A stretch of DNA of 64,000 nt from Trueperaceae bacterium (GCA_965213925.1 OZ243927.1:2336001-2400000), one strand, 5' to 3'; numbered from the stretch's first letter, positions 35,281 to 45,799 are shown. The notes: a model not told the origin generated them from the letters alone. Translations and numbers: made by a program.

Positions 35281-35910
35281 TCAGTTCGCACCTCGAGCCG
35301 CGTTCTGAACTGACACCTCGCTCCCCAAGCGGCGGTACGCCTCTTCGGATAACAGCAAGTCCGCGCCCGTCACCGCGCCGCTCACGACGCGCGTGAGTAG
35401 CGGTTGGCTCTGCTCAGAGCGTAAGAGGAGCAGCTCGCCGGGTTCGTGAAAGCGCGACATAATTTGAAAACCGCTCAGGCTGGTAGAGGGCGCAACCATA
35501 AGACGGTCGGGCGCGGCGCTCAGCAGCTCCAACCTAACCTGCGCCGTACCGCTGCCGATCATGTCGATGCGCTCGGCGGCGGCGCGCGAGAGGTCGATGA
35601 TGCGCCGCCCGACAAAAGGTCCCCGGTCGTTGATGCGCACCACGACGCTGCGGCCGTTCTCCAGGTGGGTGACGCGCACGAGCGTGTCGAAGGGTAAAGT
35701 CTGATGCGCGGCGGTGAGTTGCGAGGGGTCGAAGATTTCACCGTTCGCCGTAGGTCGCCCGACGAAGTTCGGACCATACCACGAGGCGACCCCGTCGTCG
35801 TACAAGGTGGCTGAACGTCCGGTTCCCGTTGTTGTGGGCTCGGCGGGGCGAGTTCGCGGGGCGCAAGCTGCGAGGCTGAGGAGGAGCAAAAAGAGCAAGG
35901 GACGAGTCAT
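35281..35910 (-). CDS. rlpA: RlpA-family septal lytic transglycosylase lipoprotein
   Basis: Lipobox LAAC, GVASWYG, TAAH.TLPF, VRINDRGPF, IDLS; TATAGT-N6-ATG start. Confidence 0.88.
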   Translation of the reverse strand: MTRPLLFLLLLSLAACAPRTRPAEPTTTGTGRSATLYDDGVASWYGPNFVGRPTANGEIFDPSQLTAAHQTLPFDTLVRVTHLENGRSVVVRINDRGPFVGRRIIDLSRAAAERIDMIGSGTAQVRLELLSAAPDRLMVAPSTSLSGFQIMSRFHEPGELLLLRSEQSQPLLTRVVSGAVTGADLLLSEEAYRRLGSEVSVQNAARGAN

Positions 35911-36120
35911 AGGTTTACTATACCCAACTGTTTTGATGGTCATCTAAGCAAGGCTTTCTCGGTCGGTTGGGAGTCGGACGAGTCTTGTCTAAGTATGAAG
36001 CGTATGACTCGAATGAACGTTGAAGCATTTGGAGGTTCGAGGCTAGCAAACATCAAAAGAACAGGAGGTCGCGGTGGGCGCGACCTCCTGTTCCGGTTCA
36101 GAAATTTGGAGCTACGACGC

Positions 36121-38175
36121 CTAGCCCTGCGACGCTTTCTGAGGTTGCGCCGAGAGCATCCGCACCCCACGCCTGAAGCTGATCTCCACGCGCCGCTGGA
36201 TGAGGAAGAGCGCCACGACGAGTGCCACGCCGACGATGTCCGTCCAGACCGGCGTCATGTAACATAAAAAGGTCGCGCCTGCCAAGAGAAGCCACTCGGG
36301 AATCGTCGTCCTGCGCTGCAAAAAGCCGATCGTTACCGCAGCAAAAGCGATCGTCCCTAGCGTCGCCGAAATCCACGACGTGATGACGTGCATGTCTACA
36401 GCGCCGCCGGGTTCAATCAGAATCGGTGTATAGGCAAATAGCAGCGGCATCACGTAGAGCAGCTTGGCGTACTTAAAGGCGGTCCACCCCGTTTTCCACG
36501 GGTCCCCTTGCGCAATCGCCGCACCCGCGTACGCCGCGATGCACACGGGCGGCGTGATGTTCGAGTCTTGCGAAAGCCAATAGACGATCATGTGCGCCGC
36601 TAAAACGGATACGCCGAGGTCGCCCAGCGCGGGTACGGCTAAGACCGCCGTCACTAAGTAGGACGCCGTAACGGGCATCCCCATGCCGAGAATCAGCGAG
36701 GCGAGCGCGACCAAGAGAATCGCGAGGAGCGTCGAACCGCCCGAAAGCGTCAAGAAGATGGTGGTGAATTTCTGCGATAAACCCGTAAGGTTAATAACCG
36801 CCAAGAGAATCCCGATAATCCCCACCGTCGCGCCGATGACGAGTGTGTTGCGCCCACCCTCGACGAGCGCTTCCCAAATTTGCCTGAGCCCCATCTTGCT
36901 GTCCTTGGTAAACCACGAGACGGGAATCGTCGCCGCTGTGCCCCAAAACGCGGCGTAACCGGGCGAGCGTCCCATAATAAGGAGCGTCACGAGCAGGATG
37001 AGCGGAAGCGCTAGAAACCAGCCGCTCTTCAAGGTCTCGCTGAGTTTCGGCAGGTCGGCAACGGGTACGCCTTTGAGCCCCAACCGTTTCGCTTCAAAAT
37101 GCACGTTCATCCAGATGGAAAGCACGTAGATAAAGGCGGGCACGATCGACGCGAGCATGATATGGGTATACGGGATGCCCGTGAGTTCCACCATCACGAA
37201 CGCGCCCGCGCCCATGACGGGCGGCAAGAACATCCCGCTGATGCTCGCCGAGGCTTCTACCGCCCCCGCCATCTCCGGCTTGAAGCCGGTCTTTTTCATC
37301 AGTGGAATCGTGAGTGTGCCCGTCGAGACGGTGTTGGCGATCGCCGAGCCCGAGATCGAGCCCATGAGCGCGGACGCCAAAACCGACACTTTGGCAGGTC
37401 CACCCGTCGCGCGGCCCGCGACGCCCAGCGCTAGGTCGATGAAGAACTGCCCGACGCCCGAGCGGTTCAAGAACGCGCCGAAAAAGATAAAAATGATAAC
37501 GAAGTTGACCAAGACCTGCGCCATCGTGCCCCACACGCCGCGCTCGTCCAGGAACACAGCCTCGCCGATGCGGTCCAGGTCATAACCTCGGTGCGCAACG
37601 ATAAGGGGCATGTACGGTCCGAAATAAGCGTAGACCATGAGGACGAGTCCGACGATGGGCATGACCCAACCGAGTGCGCGCCTGCCTATCTCGAGCGACA
37701 AGATAATCATCAAGAGAGACATGGTGTGATCGAGCGACGTGGCGGAACCTGCGCGGTACGTCAAGGCTTGATAATTGATGACCCAATAACTGACGACCGC
37801 GACGGACAAAACTGCAAACCCGATGTCTAAAATCGTAGGTCTAAACTTCAGAGAGCCGCGTTTTAAGGGATAAACCAAAAAGATAAGGGCGTAGGTGAGC
37901 CCGACATAGACGCCTAAATAGACCTCTAAACGCGTCGCGCCGAAGAGTGCGGCGTAGAGGTAATAAGACGACATTGCCGCCGCCAGAATATTGACGATGA
38001 GTTCCCAAGGACGCTCCAAGGGCGCGTTGCCGCTGACGGAGGCCTCGAGCGCCTGAACGTCCTCTCGCGCCGCCTCCGCATCTTCGGGCGCAACGTTGTC
38101 CGCAGGCGCGGTGACCTCACCGGCTTCAGTGTCTTCGATGTTCTGTTGACGGCGTTTATCAGGGTGTTCTGCCAT
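36121..38175 (-). CDS. TRAP transporter fused permease (4TM/12TM, TAXI type)
   Basis: GGPAKV, GSAIAN, PPVMGAGAF, LGMGMP, ITPPV. Confidence 0.93.
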   Translation of the reverse strand: MAEHPDKRRQQNIEDTEAGEVTAPADNVAPEDAEAAREDVQALEASVSGNAPLERPWELIVNILAAAMSSYYLYAALFGATRLEVYLGVYVGLTYALIFLVYPLKRGSLKFRPTILDIGFAVLSVAVVSYWVINYQALTYRAGSATSLDHTMSLLMIILSLEIGRRALGWVMPIVGLVLMVYAYFGPYMPLIVAHRGYDLDRIGEAVFLDERGVWGTMAQVLVNFVIIFIFFGAFLNRSGVGQFFIDLALGVAGRATGGPAKVSVLASALMGSISGSAIANTVSTGTLTIPLMKKTGFKPEMAGAVEASASISGMFLPPVMGAGAFVMVELTGIPYTHIMLASIVPAFIYVLSIWMNVHFEAKRLGLKGVPVADLPKLSETLKSGWFLALPLILLVTLLIMGRSPGYAAFWGTAATIPVSWFTKDSKMGLRQIWEALVEGGRNTLVIGATVGIIGILLAVINLTGLSQKFTTIFLTLSGGSTLLAILLVALASLILGMGMPVTASYLVTAVLAVPALGDLGVSVLAAHMIVYWLSQDSNITPPVCIAAYAGAAIAQGDPWKTGWTAFKYAKLLYVMPLLFAYTPILIEPGGAVDMHVITSWISATLGTIAFAAVTIGFLQRRTTIPEWLLLAGATFLCYMTPVWTDIVGVALVVALFLIQRRVEISFRRGVRMLSAQPQKASQG

Positions 38176-38208
38176 ATCGTGCTCCTGGACGCTTAGATGA
38201 GAATAAGA

Positions 38209-38238
38209 AAGAGGAGGTGAGACCTCTCACCTCCTCTT
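38209..38238 (-). terminator. Intercistronic hairpin between TAXI receptor and permease
   Basis: AAGAGGAGGTGAGA/TCTCACCTCCTCTT followed by a pyrimidine run on the minus strand. Confidence 0.6.
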
Positions 38239-38249
38239 GGTCTGGTACT

Positions 38250-39254
38250 TTACTGCGGCTGCGCCGCCTCGGGAATCTCGACGCCGACCTCTTCCCAGTA
38301 GCGCGCCGCGCCCGGATGCAAGGGAATCTGCACGCCGACAAGCGCGTTGTCCGGTCCCATCTCCGAGGCGACCGCCGTCACTTGGTTCATGTGGTCCAAG
38401 CCCGGTTGGTCGTAGATGATCTTGGTCATCTGGTAGACCAACTCTTCGTCCGCCTCAGCCGAGACAATCCAGAGCCCCGCGTCGCGAAACGTCGTCACGT
38501 CTTCGTCCACGCCGTTAAAGGTGCCCGCGGGAATCACGTACTCCGAGTAGAAGGGGTACTGCTCGAAGAAGCCCGCCTCTTCCGCCGCGTCGTAGGTGCT
38601 CAAAATCACGACGTTGTTGGTCGAAGAGGTGTCGGTCACGGTGGCGTTCGGCACCCCGAAGAGCGCGTGGTACGCTGAAACCTGGCGGTTTTTAAGCTGG
38701 TCCGAGGCGTTTTGACCCGCGACTAAAACGGGGTCGATTTCGCTGTAGATGCCGAGCGTGGTCAGCAGGCGTTCCAAGGAAAGCTGCGTGCCCGAGCCCG
38801 CACCGCCGACGGCGACGGGTTCGCCCGCCAACTGGTCAACGGAGGTGATGCCTGTCTCTTCCAAGGTCACGAGTTGTGACACGGCGCTATATAAAAAGCC
38901 GATCGCACGGATGCCGTCGTAAGGACCGCCCTCGGAGAAGACGCCTTCACCGTTATAACCTAAAAAAGCGTCGCCCGCGAAAGCGATACCCATATCCATG
39001 TCGCCCTCTTGGATGCGGCGAATATTCTCCGCCGAGCCCGCCGAGCCCTCCACGGTGAGGTTGAGCCCATCGAGATTTTGCGATAAGAAGTCGCCGACGC
39101 CCGAGGCGAAGGTGTTGAAGGTGCCGCCTGTAGACCCGCCACCGATCGAGAGAAATTGACGCTGAGCGAACGCGGTGCCGAACGCGAGCGCAGCGCATAG
39201 GACGAGGATGAAGCCGCCAATAAGGGAGCTTCGCCAAAGTTGATGACGCATCAT
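38250..39254 (-). CDS. TAXI family TRAP solute receptor
   Basis: Signal peptide, GSTGGTF, GSAENI, GAGSG, PLHPGA.RYW.E.G. Confidence 0.92.
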   Translation of the reverse strand: MMRHQLWRSSLIGGFILVLCAALAFGTAFAQRQFLSIGGGSTGGTFNTFASGVGDFLSQNLDGLNLTVEGSAGSAENIRRIQEGDMDMGIAFAGDAFLGYNGEGVFSEGGPYDGIRAIGFLYSAVSQLVTLEETGITSVDQLAGEPVAVGGAGSGTQLSLERLLTTLGIYSEIDPVLVAGQNASDQLKNRQVSAYHALFGVPNATVTDTSSTNNVVILSTYDAAEEAGFFEQYPFYSEYVIPAGTFNGVDEDVTTFRDAGLWIVSAEADEELVYQMTKIIYDQPGLDHMNQVTAVASEMGPDNALVGVQIPLHPGAARYWEEVGVEIPEAAQPQ

Positions 39255-39345
39255 CTGGCCTCCAAAGGTTGAGTTTGCCCGAATGGACAATTTAAGCATA
39301 ACCTACAGTTGGCAATAAGTAAAATAACAATATCCTAGTAAAATG

Positions 39346-39360
39346 ATAAGTTATACTTAT
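39346..39360. promoter_or_regulatory. LysR-type T-N11-A box
   Basis: ATAAG-ttata-CTTAT overlapping the lysR -10 box, in the divergent intergenic region. Confidence 0.65.
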
Positions 39361-39362
39361 GG

Positions 39363-40274
39363 ATGGACGAGAAACTTCTTCGCTCCTTTGTCGTTGCAGT
39401 CGAAGAGGGCAACCTCACCCGCGCCGCCGAGCGCTTGAGGGTGTCGCAGCCCGCGCTTTCGCAGCAGCTTAAAAAGCTCGAGCGCACCCTGGACATCGTT
39501 CTCTTGGAGCGCAGCAAGCGCGGCGTCACCTTGACTTCGGCGGGGGGCGCTTTTCTGCCCTACGCGCGGCGCGTCCTGAGAGAACTCCACGAAGCGCGGC
39601 TCGTTATGAGCGAAACCCAGAATTTAGAGCGCGGACACCTCGCCATCGGCACGGTGCAGAGCGTCAACATCAACCTGATGCCGCGCGCTTTAGCGAAGTT
39701 CGGGCGGCGCTATCCAGGCGTGTCGATTAACATTCGCGAGTTAGCGAGCGACCAGATCGAGCCGCAGCTCGCGAGAGGTGAGTTCGACGTCGGCATCGGC
39801 TTTTTGTGGGAGCATCAGCCCGACTTCGTGACCGAACCGCTCTTCCGAGAAGAACTCGTGCTCGTCGTGCCGGACACGCACCCCTTTTGGGGACGGCGGG
39901 AGGTCGAGGTGGCGGAGCTAAACGGCGCGGCCATGGTCAACATCGTGCCGGGCTCTAAAGGTATCTGGGAGGCGTGCTGCGAGGCGGCGGGCGTCCGCAC
40001 GCACACGGTTGCCGAGATGAGTTCTATTGCTAGCGTTATCGTAAGCGTGCGCTATATGGCGGCGGCCGCAGTCGTGCCCGCGATGGCGCTGACCTCTTCG
40101 GCTAACGCTCATGTGAGGGGGATTCCTCTACGCAACCCTAAGCCAGAACGCACCGTAGGCTGCTTGTGGCGGCGGCAGCAGTACAGGTCACAGCTTTCAA
40201 AAGTTCTCGCCACGATGCTGCGTGAGGCGGTAGCGGAGCTGGAGAGCCCGTGGACTCTACCGCTCGAGCCCTAA
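39363..40274 (+). CDS. LysR family transcriptional regulator
   Basis: F..V.EEGNLTRAAERLRVSQPALSQQLKKLE HTH. Confidence 0.95.
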   Translation: MDEKLLRSFVVAVEEGNLTRAAERLRVSQPALSQQLKKLERTLDIVLLERSKRGVTLTSAGGAFLPYARRVLRELHEARLVMSETQNLERGHLAIGTVQSVNINLMPRALAKFGRRYPGVSINIRELASDQIEPQLARGEFDVGIGFLWEHQPDFVTEPLFREELVLVVPDTHPFWGRREVEVAELNGAAMVNIVPGSKGIWEACCEAAGVRTHTVAEMSSIASVIVSVRYMAAAAVVPAMALTSSANAHVRGIPLRNPKPERTVGCLWRRQQYRSQLSKVLATMLREAVAELESPWTLPLEP

Positions 40275-40330
40275 ATAAATCTTCGGGTGTCTCTGCTATA
40301 ATGTTCTCGCCCTACGAGAAAGGTGACTGC

Positions 40331-40747
40331 ATGGCTGAGCTGGAGATAATTTTTGAGCCAGAACCGAAGATCGTTGACGCCATTGACGGCGGGCTCACGG
40401 AGTACAACCTAACTAAATTAGGCGGCTGGGCGTGCCACCACCTCGCCGTCGTTGCCAAAAATGACCAGGTGATAATCGGTGGACTTTACGGGACGCTGCA
40501 GTGGGACTGGCTCGAGATTGACTTCGCTTGGGTGGACGAGTCGCGTCGCGGAGAGGGTTTCGGTACAAAACTCGTCAAAGCGGCGGAAGTTGCCGCGGTC
40601 TCGAAGGGTGTTCATAACGTCCACCTGAGAACGGGTAGCTGGCAAGCGGTGGGTTTCTACGAAAAGCTAGGGTACAACCTCTTTGGTCAGCTCGAGGACT
40701 ATCCAGACGGCTTCACCACCTACTTTATGAAAAAGAGGGGCTTGTGA
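40331..40747 (+). CDS. GNAT family acetyltransferase
   Basis: WVDESRRGEGFGTKL, AVGFYEKLGY. Confidence 0.88.
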   Translation: MAELEIIFEPEPKIVDAIDGGLTEYNLTKLGGWACHHLAVVAKNDQVIIGGLYGTLQWDWLEIDFAWVDESRRGEGFGTKLVKAAEVAAVSKGVHNVHLRTGSWQAVGFYEKLGYNLFGQLEDYPDGFTTYFMKKRGL

Positions 40748-40847
40748 GTTAGCCTCGGCTCCTTTTGAGATGGGCGCGTGCGTCCACTCGAAAACACGCA
40801 CCGTGAGACAATTGCATGGCGAGAGGTTGAGCGTGGTAGAAAACCCT

Positions 40848-41741
40848 ATGCCAAATTCATCTCCGGGTGAGACGGATATAGACTGGCAGCTCGAGTGGCG
40901 CGACGTTCACAGCCAAGGTCAGCGTGTGCGTACTCGTTACGCTGTCGCCGGAGACGCAGAGCGTCCACCTCTCGTCCTCTTACACGGCATCGGGCGCAGT
41001 TTGGAAGACTGGTCAGCGTCAGTACCACTCGCTGAGTACTACCGCCTCTACGCCCCTGACCTTATCGGCTTCGGCTATACGGACAAGCCGGACATTTCTT
41101 ATACGCTGGCGCAGCTAGCGACGTTCGTCAAAGACTTTTTGGAGAGCGTAGGGGAGGCGAGACCCGTTGCTTTGCTAGGCAACTCGCTAGGCGGCGCAGT
41201 CGCGCAGACCTTCGCCGTGCAGTATCCAGAACGCTTGTCGGCACTTGTACTCGTGGCGAGTGCAGGTTTCGGCAAAGAGGTCATCCTCGCGTTAAGGCTT
41301 ATTACGGTGCCCGGTCTAGGCGAACTGCTCATGAAACCCTCGAGGCGTAGCGCCGAAAACACCGTCCGAAGCTTCGTTCATGATCCTGATTTGGTGACGG
41401 AGGAGCGCACCACACACACTCTGAATTTGGCGCGGCAGCCCGGCGCGGCGAGGGCGTTTCTCGCTGCGGCGCGCAATTTGGGCACGTGGCGCGGCGTCAG
41501 GGCGGCGTGGCGCGAGGAACTGGGCCGCCGTCTCGCCGAACTCGAGCTGCCTACCCTCGTCATCTGGGGCGAATACGATGAGGTCTTACCCGCAGAGCAT
41601 TTGGAAAGCGCCACGCAACGCTACCCACATGCGCAAACGCACCTTTTTAGGGATACGGGGCACGCGCCGCAGCTCGAGCGGGCGGACGACTTCAACGCTT
41701 TAGTGCTGAACTTTTTAGAAACCCTGGAGGTACAACTGTGA
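40848..41741 (+). CDS. Alpha/beta hydrolase
   Basis: LLHG, DLIGFG, GNSLGG nucleophile elbow, WGEYD, GHAPQ; start uncertain. Confidence 0.9.
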   Translation: MPNSSPGETDIDWQLEWRDVHSQGQRVRTRYAVAGDAERPPLVLLHGIGRSLEDWSASVPLAEYYRLYAPDLIGFGYTDKPDISYTLAQLATFVKDFLESVGEARPVALLGNSLGGAVAQTFAVQYPERLSALVLVASAGFGKEVILALRLITVPGLGELLMKPSRRSAENTVRSFVHDPDLVTEERTTHTLNLARQPGAARAFLAAARNLGTWRGVRAAWREELGRRLAELELPTLVIWGEYDEVLPAEHLESATQRYPHAQTHLFRDTGHAPQLERADDFNALVLNFLETLEVQL

Positions 41742-42670
41742 AGACCTCTCAAAAAGCGCTTATCGGCACCTGTCTCGCAGGGCTGGGCGTCGCGGCGGCG
41801 CTCAGCCTGCGGGCGAAGCCTTCCCCGCACCCTTTTGTGTTCGGCGATGGCGTCGCCCTTCTCACCGGCGCGGCGAGCGGCATCGGGCGGGCTTTGGCGG
41901 AGGGGTTAGCAGCGAGAGGTACGCACCTCGCCCTAGTAGACCGCAACGGAGAAGAGCTGGAAAAGGTGGCGGCGCGGGCGCGTCAGCACGGCGTGAAGGT
42001 GAGTACGCACATCGTAGACCTTTCTCAACACGAATCGGTTGACGCGCTTGTAGGGGACGTTTTGCGCGAACATGGACGCCTCACGCTGCTTGTCAACAAC
42101 GCGGGCGTGGCGCTCGGCGGGCGCTTCGAAGAGGTCAGCTTGGAGGAGTTCGAGTGGCTTATGGACATCAACTTTCGCGCGGTGGTGGCGCTCACCAAGG
42201 CGTGTCTGCCGCACCTTCTCCGCGTAGAGGGGGCACATCTGGTGAATTTATCCAGCGTCTTCGGCATCATCGCCCCAGAAGGGCAAGCGGCGTACTCGTC
42301 GAGCAAGTTCGCCGTGCGCGGCTTTAGTGAGGTTCTGCGCCACGAGTTGGCGGGGCGACTCGGCGTGAGTGTCATTCATCCAGGCGGCGTCAGGACGAAC
42401 ATCGCGCTCGGGGCGCGCGTGGCGGCTAAAGTTGACCCTGTGATCGCGCGCCGCGAGATGGAGCGCTTTAGCAAGAGTTTTAGAACCGCGCCCGAGGAGG
42501 CTGCCGAGGTGATTTTACGCGCCGTCCAGCGCCGCCAGAGCCGCGTGCTCATCGGTGTGGACGCGCTTATTATCGACGTGACACAGCGCCTTTTACCTAC
42601 CTCGTATTGGCGGATTTTAAGAGGTGCGTTCGAGCGCGGTATAGGAACGGGGCGGACGAAGTCGACGTGA
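41738..42670 (+). CDS. SDR family oxidoreductase
   Basis: TGAASGIG, NNAG, YSSSK. Confidence 0.92.
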   Translation: MKTSQKALIGTCLAGLGVAAALSLRAKPSPHPFVFGDGVALLTGAASGIGRALAEGLAARGTHLALVDRNGEELEKVAARARQHGVKVSTHIVDLSQHESVDALVGDVLREHGRLTLLVNNAGVALGGRFEEVSLEEFEWLMDINFRAVVALTKACLPHLLRVEGAHLVNLSSVFGIIAPEGQAAYSSSKFAVRGFSEVLRHELAGRLGVSVIHPGGVRTNIALGARVAAKVDPVIARREMERFSKSFRTAPEEAAEVILRAVQRRQSRVLIGVDALIIDVTQRLLPTSYWRILRGAFERGIGTGRTKST

Positions 42671-42688
42671 AGCGTTGAGAAAATGCCA

Positions 42689-42725
42689 CAAAAGAAGGGA
42701 CGGTCTCCGGGCTGTCCCTCTTTTG
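42689..42725. terminator. Bidirectional terminator-like hairpin
   Basis: aaaagaagggacggtc..ggctgtccctcttttg between convergent genes. Confidence 0.6.
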
Positions 42726-42727
42726 TC

Positions 42728-43789
42728 TCAGAAAGCTAGGTCGATGTCCCCTGTCACTTCCACAAAATCTAGAACGACCTGCGCCAGTTCTTCCCCTTTG
42801 TCCTCTTGCAAGAAGTGTCCTCCGCCCTGGATCGTCGTGTGCGGCTGCCCTTGCGCGCCCGGCACGCGGCGCTGAAAGACGCGCTCGCCGCCGCGCATGA
42901 TGGGGTCGCCGTCGCTAAACGCGGTTAGGAAGGGCTTGTCGAAGCGCTCCAGCGCCGCCCACGCGCGGCGGTTTGCACTCGTAGCGGGGTTGTCTGGGCT
43001 TGTAGGCACGAGCGTCGGGAAGATGCGCGCCCCCGCTTTGTACGCCTCGCTGGGGAAGGGTGCGTTATACGCTTTGATGACCTCTCGGCTCAACTCGGTC
43101 TTCGTCCCCGCTTGGACGATCTGACCGACGGGCAAAACGGGCAGCGCTTGCGAAGCGAAAACCCACGCTCTGAACACATCCGGTAGCGTTTCGTCGCCAG
43201 TCGGGAGTGCGCCGTTGGCGAGCACGACTCGGGCGAAGCGTTCAGGGTGCGCCGCCACGAGCCGCAGCCCGGTGAGTGAGCCCCAGTCTTGGCACACCAG
43301 CGTGATGTCCCTCAGGTCTAGCTTTTGCACCCAGGTCCACAGCCAGTCCACGTGCTGCTGATAGCTGTACGCCCCCTGTTCCGCGAGCTTATCCGACTTG
43401 CCGAAGCCGATGAGGTCGGGCGCGAGCGCGCGGAGACCCGCCGCCGAAAAGCGCGGAATCATCTTCCGGTAAAGGTAGCTCCAGGAGGGTTCGCCGTGGA
43501 GCATCAAGATGACGGGTGCGTCACGTGCGCCTTCGTCGACGTAGTGCATCCGCAAGCTGTCAACGTGGATGTAATGCGGCGCGAAGGGATAGCCGGATAG
43601 ACCCTCAAAGCGTGCTTCGGGCGTTCTCAAAACCTCGCTCCCGCGCCAGTAGCCGACCACGCTGCGCCTGCGCCGACGCCGCAGCGCGACGCCGAGACCC
43701 GCGGCGGCTCCGAGCCAGAGTAGCTTCTTTACAGATTGCTTCACCGTTTCATCCCTCCAAGGCTCACTCGACACTTCATACATGGTCAT
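42728..43789 (-). CDS. Haloalkane dehalogenase family hydrolase (DhlA/DhmA-like)
   Basis: LRTPE.RF..L..YPF.PHY, HGEPSWSYLYR, QDWG, GHFLQED. Confidence 0.88.
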   Translation of the reverse strand: MTMYEVSSEPWRDETVKQSVKKLLWLGAAAGLGVALRRRRRRSVVGYWRGSEVLRTPEARFEGLSGYPFAPHYIHVDSLRMHYVDEGARDAPVILMLHGEPSWSYLYRKMIPRFSAAGLRALAPDLIGFGKSDKLAEQGAYSYQQHVDWLWTWVQKLDLRDITLVCQDWGSLTGLRLVAAHPERFARVVLANGALPTGDETLPDVFRAWVFASQALPVLPVGQIVQAGTKTELSREVIKAYNAPFPSEAYKAGARIFPTLVPTSPDNPATSANRRAWAALERFDKPFLTAFSDGDPIMRGGERVFQRRVPGAQGQPHTTIQGGGHFLQEDKGEELAQVVLDFVEVTGDIDLAF

Positions 43790-43959
43790 AGCTACGTGCG
43801 GCTAGCCTAGCACATGCGTGTTTGGTGCGCGGTGTTCAAACTTCGATGTTTACGCGTTTAGCCTGTCAACCGTTTGACGGTTCTTTGTCCCATGATTGTT
43901 TCATAGTGATGAATCTCGAGGTATCCACACAAGGTAGCGTAACGGTAGAGATGGCGCTA

Positions 43960-44057
43960 CACACTTTCCGGGTTATTCCCAAACGAGTAGAAAAGACGGA
44001 TTCTGGTAGTGGCAGCAGCGCTGCAAGCGTTTATGCAGCGGTCAATCGGAATCCGTA
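43960..44057 (+). mobile_element. MITE-like family A, short degenerate copy
   Basis: TTTCCGGGTTATTCC..GTTTATGCAGCGGTCAATCGGAATCCGTA matches both ends of 45537-45798; flanks CTA/TTA. Confidence 0.65.
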
Positions 44058-44137
44058 TTACGGCGTTCTACCGAGTTTGGGGACAGACTCGAGCGAGCGA
44101 TGGACCTTGCCTAAGGGCACTTCACATGGAGGACGAC

Positions 44138-45523
44138 ATGGCAGAGCATTTTGACGCAATCGTTATTGGCGCGGGGCAGGGCGGCGGACCCCTCGCGGGC
44201 GCGCTTTCACAAGCGGGGCACAAGGTGGCGCTCGTGGAGAAAGAGCACGTGGGCGGCACCTGCGTGAACGAAGGCTGCACGCCGACAAAGACGATGGTGG
44301 CGAGCGCGAGGGTGGCGCACGTCGCGCGGCGAGCGGCGCATTACGGCGTACATGTGGGCTCGGGTGACGTGTCTGTCGACATGAAGCGGGTTCGTGAGCG
44401 TAAAAACGAAGTCGTCACGATGTTTCGCGAAGGGAGCGAGAAGGGCGTTCGGAGCAAAGAGAACCTAGAGCTGCTCATGGGCACAGCGAAGTTTTCAGGC
44501 GAGAAGACAGTCGAGGTCGCGCTGAATGACGGCGGTACTAGAGAGCTAAGCGCCGACACCGTCGTCATCAACGCGGGGCAGCGCCCGAACATCCCGCCGA
44601 TTGACGGCTTGGATAGCGTCCCTTACCTGACCTCAACCTCGGTGATGGAGCTTGACGCGGTGCCTGAGCACCTGCTCGTCTTGGGCGGCGGCTACATCGG
44701 CTTGGAGTTCGCGCATATGTACCGCCGCTTCGGGGCGGAGGTGACGGTGGTGCAGAGAAACAGCCAGCTCTTGCCGAGGGAGGATAGAGACGTCGCCGAC
44801 ACCGTCGCCGATATTCTCCGGGACGACGGCGTCACCGTGTTGCTGAGTAGCGAGGCGCAGCGTGTGTCGGACGAGGGCGGCGTCTCGCTCACCGTGGAGG
44901 GTGAAGAGGGCGAACAGTTTCTGCGCGGCTCGCACCTCTTAGTAGCGACGGGGCGCAAGTCGAACAGCGACACGCTGAATCTGGAGGCGACAGGCGTCAA
45001 GGTGGACAAACGCGGTAACATCGAGGTGAACGGAAGCCTGGAAACCAACGTCCCCGGCATCTACGCTATCGGCGACATCAAAGGTGGTCCCGCGTTTACC
45101 CACATTTCGTATGATGACTACCGCATCCTCAAAGATAATCTCTTGAATAACGCGAAAAGGACGATTGACGGGCGCATCGTTCCCTACACCGTCTTCATGG
45201 ACCCGCAACTCGGTCACGTGGGGCTCAACGAGAAGGACGCGAGAGAGGCAGGCTATGACGTCAAAGTTGCCAAAATGCCCCTCTCCTACGCCGCGAGAGC
45301 CATCGAAATCGACGAGACGCGCGGGCTGATGAAAGCGGTTGTGGACGCCGACACCGACCAGATTTTAGGCGCGACGATGCTGAGTTTCGACGGCGGCGAA
45401 GTGGTGACCATTATCCAAACAGCGATGCTCGGCGGGGTGCCCTATCAGGTGCTGCGCGACAGCCCCTTCTCCCACCCGACCTTGGCAGAGTCGCTCAACA
45501 ACCTATTTTCGTCGTTCGAGTAA
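44138..45523 (+). CDS. Class I pyridine nucleotide-disulfide oxidoreductase (MerA/RclA-like, no C-terminal Cys pair)
   Basis: GAGQGG, GGTCVNEGCTPTK, GGGYIGLE, HPTLAE. Confidence 0.88.
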   Translation: MAEHFDAIVIGAGQGGGPLAGALSQAGHKVALVEKEHVGGTCVNEGCTPTKTMVASARVAHVARRAAHYGVHVGSGDVSVDMKRVRERKNEVVTMFREGSEKGVRSKENLELLMGTAKFSGEKTVEVALNDGGTRELSADTVVINAGQRPNIPPIDGLDSVPYLTSTSVMELDAVPEHLLVLGGGYIGLEFAHMYRRFGAEVTVVQRNSQLLPREDRDVADTVADILRDDGVTVLLSSEAQRVSDEGGVSLTVEGEEGEQFLRGSHLLVATGRKSNSDTLNLEATGVKVDKRGNIEVNGSLETNVPGIYAIGDIKGGPAFTHISYDDYRILKDNLLNNAKRTIDGRIVPYTVFMDPQLGHVGLNEKDAREAGYDVKVAKMPLSYAARAIEIDETRGLMKAVVDADTDQILGATMLSFDGGEVVTIIQTAMLGGVPYQVLRDSPFSHPTLAESLNNLFSSFE

Positions 45524-45536
45524 AGGCGAGGATTCA

Positions 45537-45798
45537 TACCGTTTCCGGGTAATTCCTTTGGGAATTACCCCGAGTGGAAGAGCCTTCAGCCGGTGGTAGC
45601 ATCAACGAATAGCCAGTACAAGCGACGTCACAACGGCATGATACGCAGTCGCGTGGACCCTAGAACGGGCAAAGCGTCACGCGTGACGTGTTCCCGCTAG
45701 CGGCTGATGGCTCCTTAACGAGTTGAAAAAATACGAATTTCGGTTGTGAACGGAAGAGACTCGCCATAAGTTTATGCAGTGTTCAACCGGAATCCGTA
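45537..45798 (+). mobile_element. MITE-like family A, long copy
   Basis: TIRs TACCGTTTCCG / CGGAATCCGTA, TCA on both flanks, several internal hairpins, no ORF. Confidence 0.75.
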
Positions 45799-45799
45799 T

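Noticed and set aside
44138..45523. Mercuric reductase merA
   Set aside because: Has the CxxxxC redox pair but no C-terminal Cys-Cys, no NmerA domain and no mer operon
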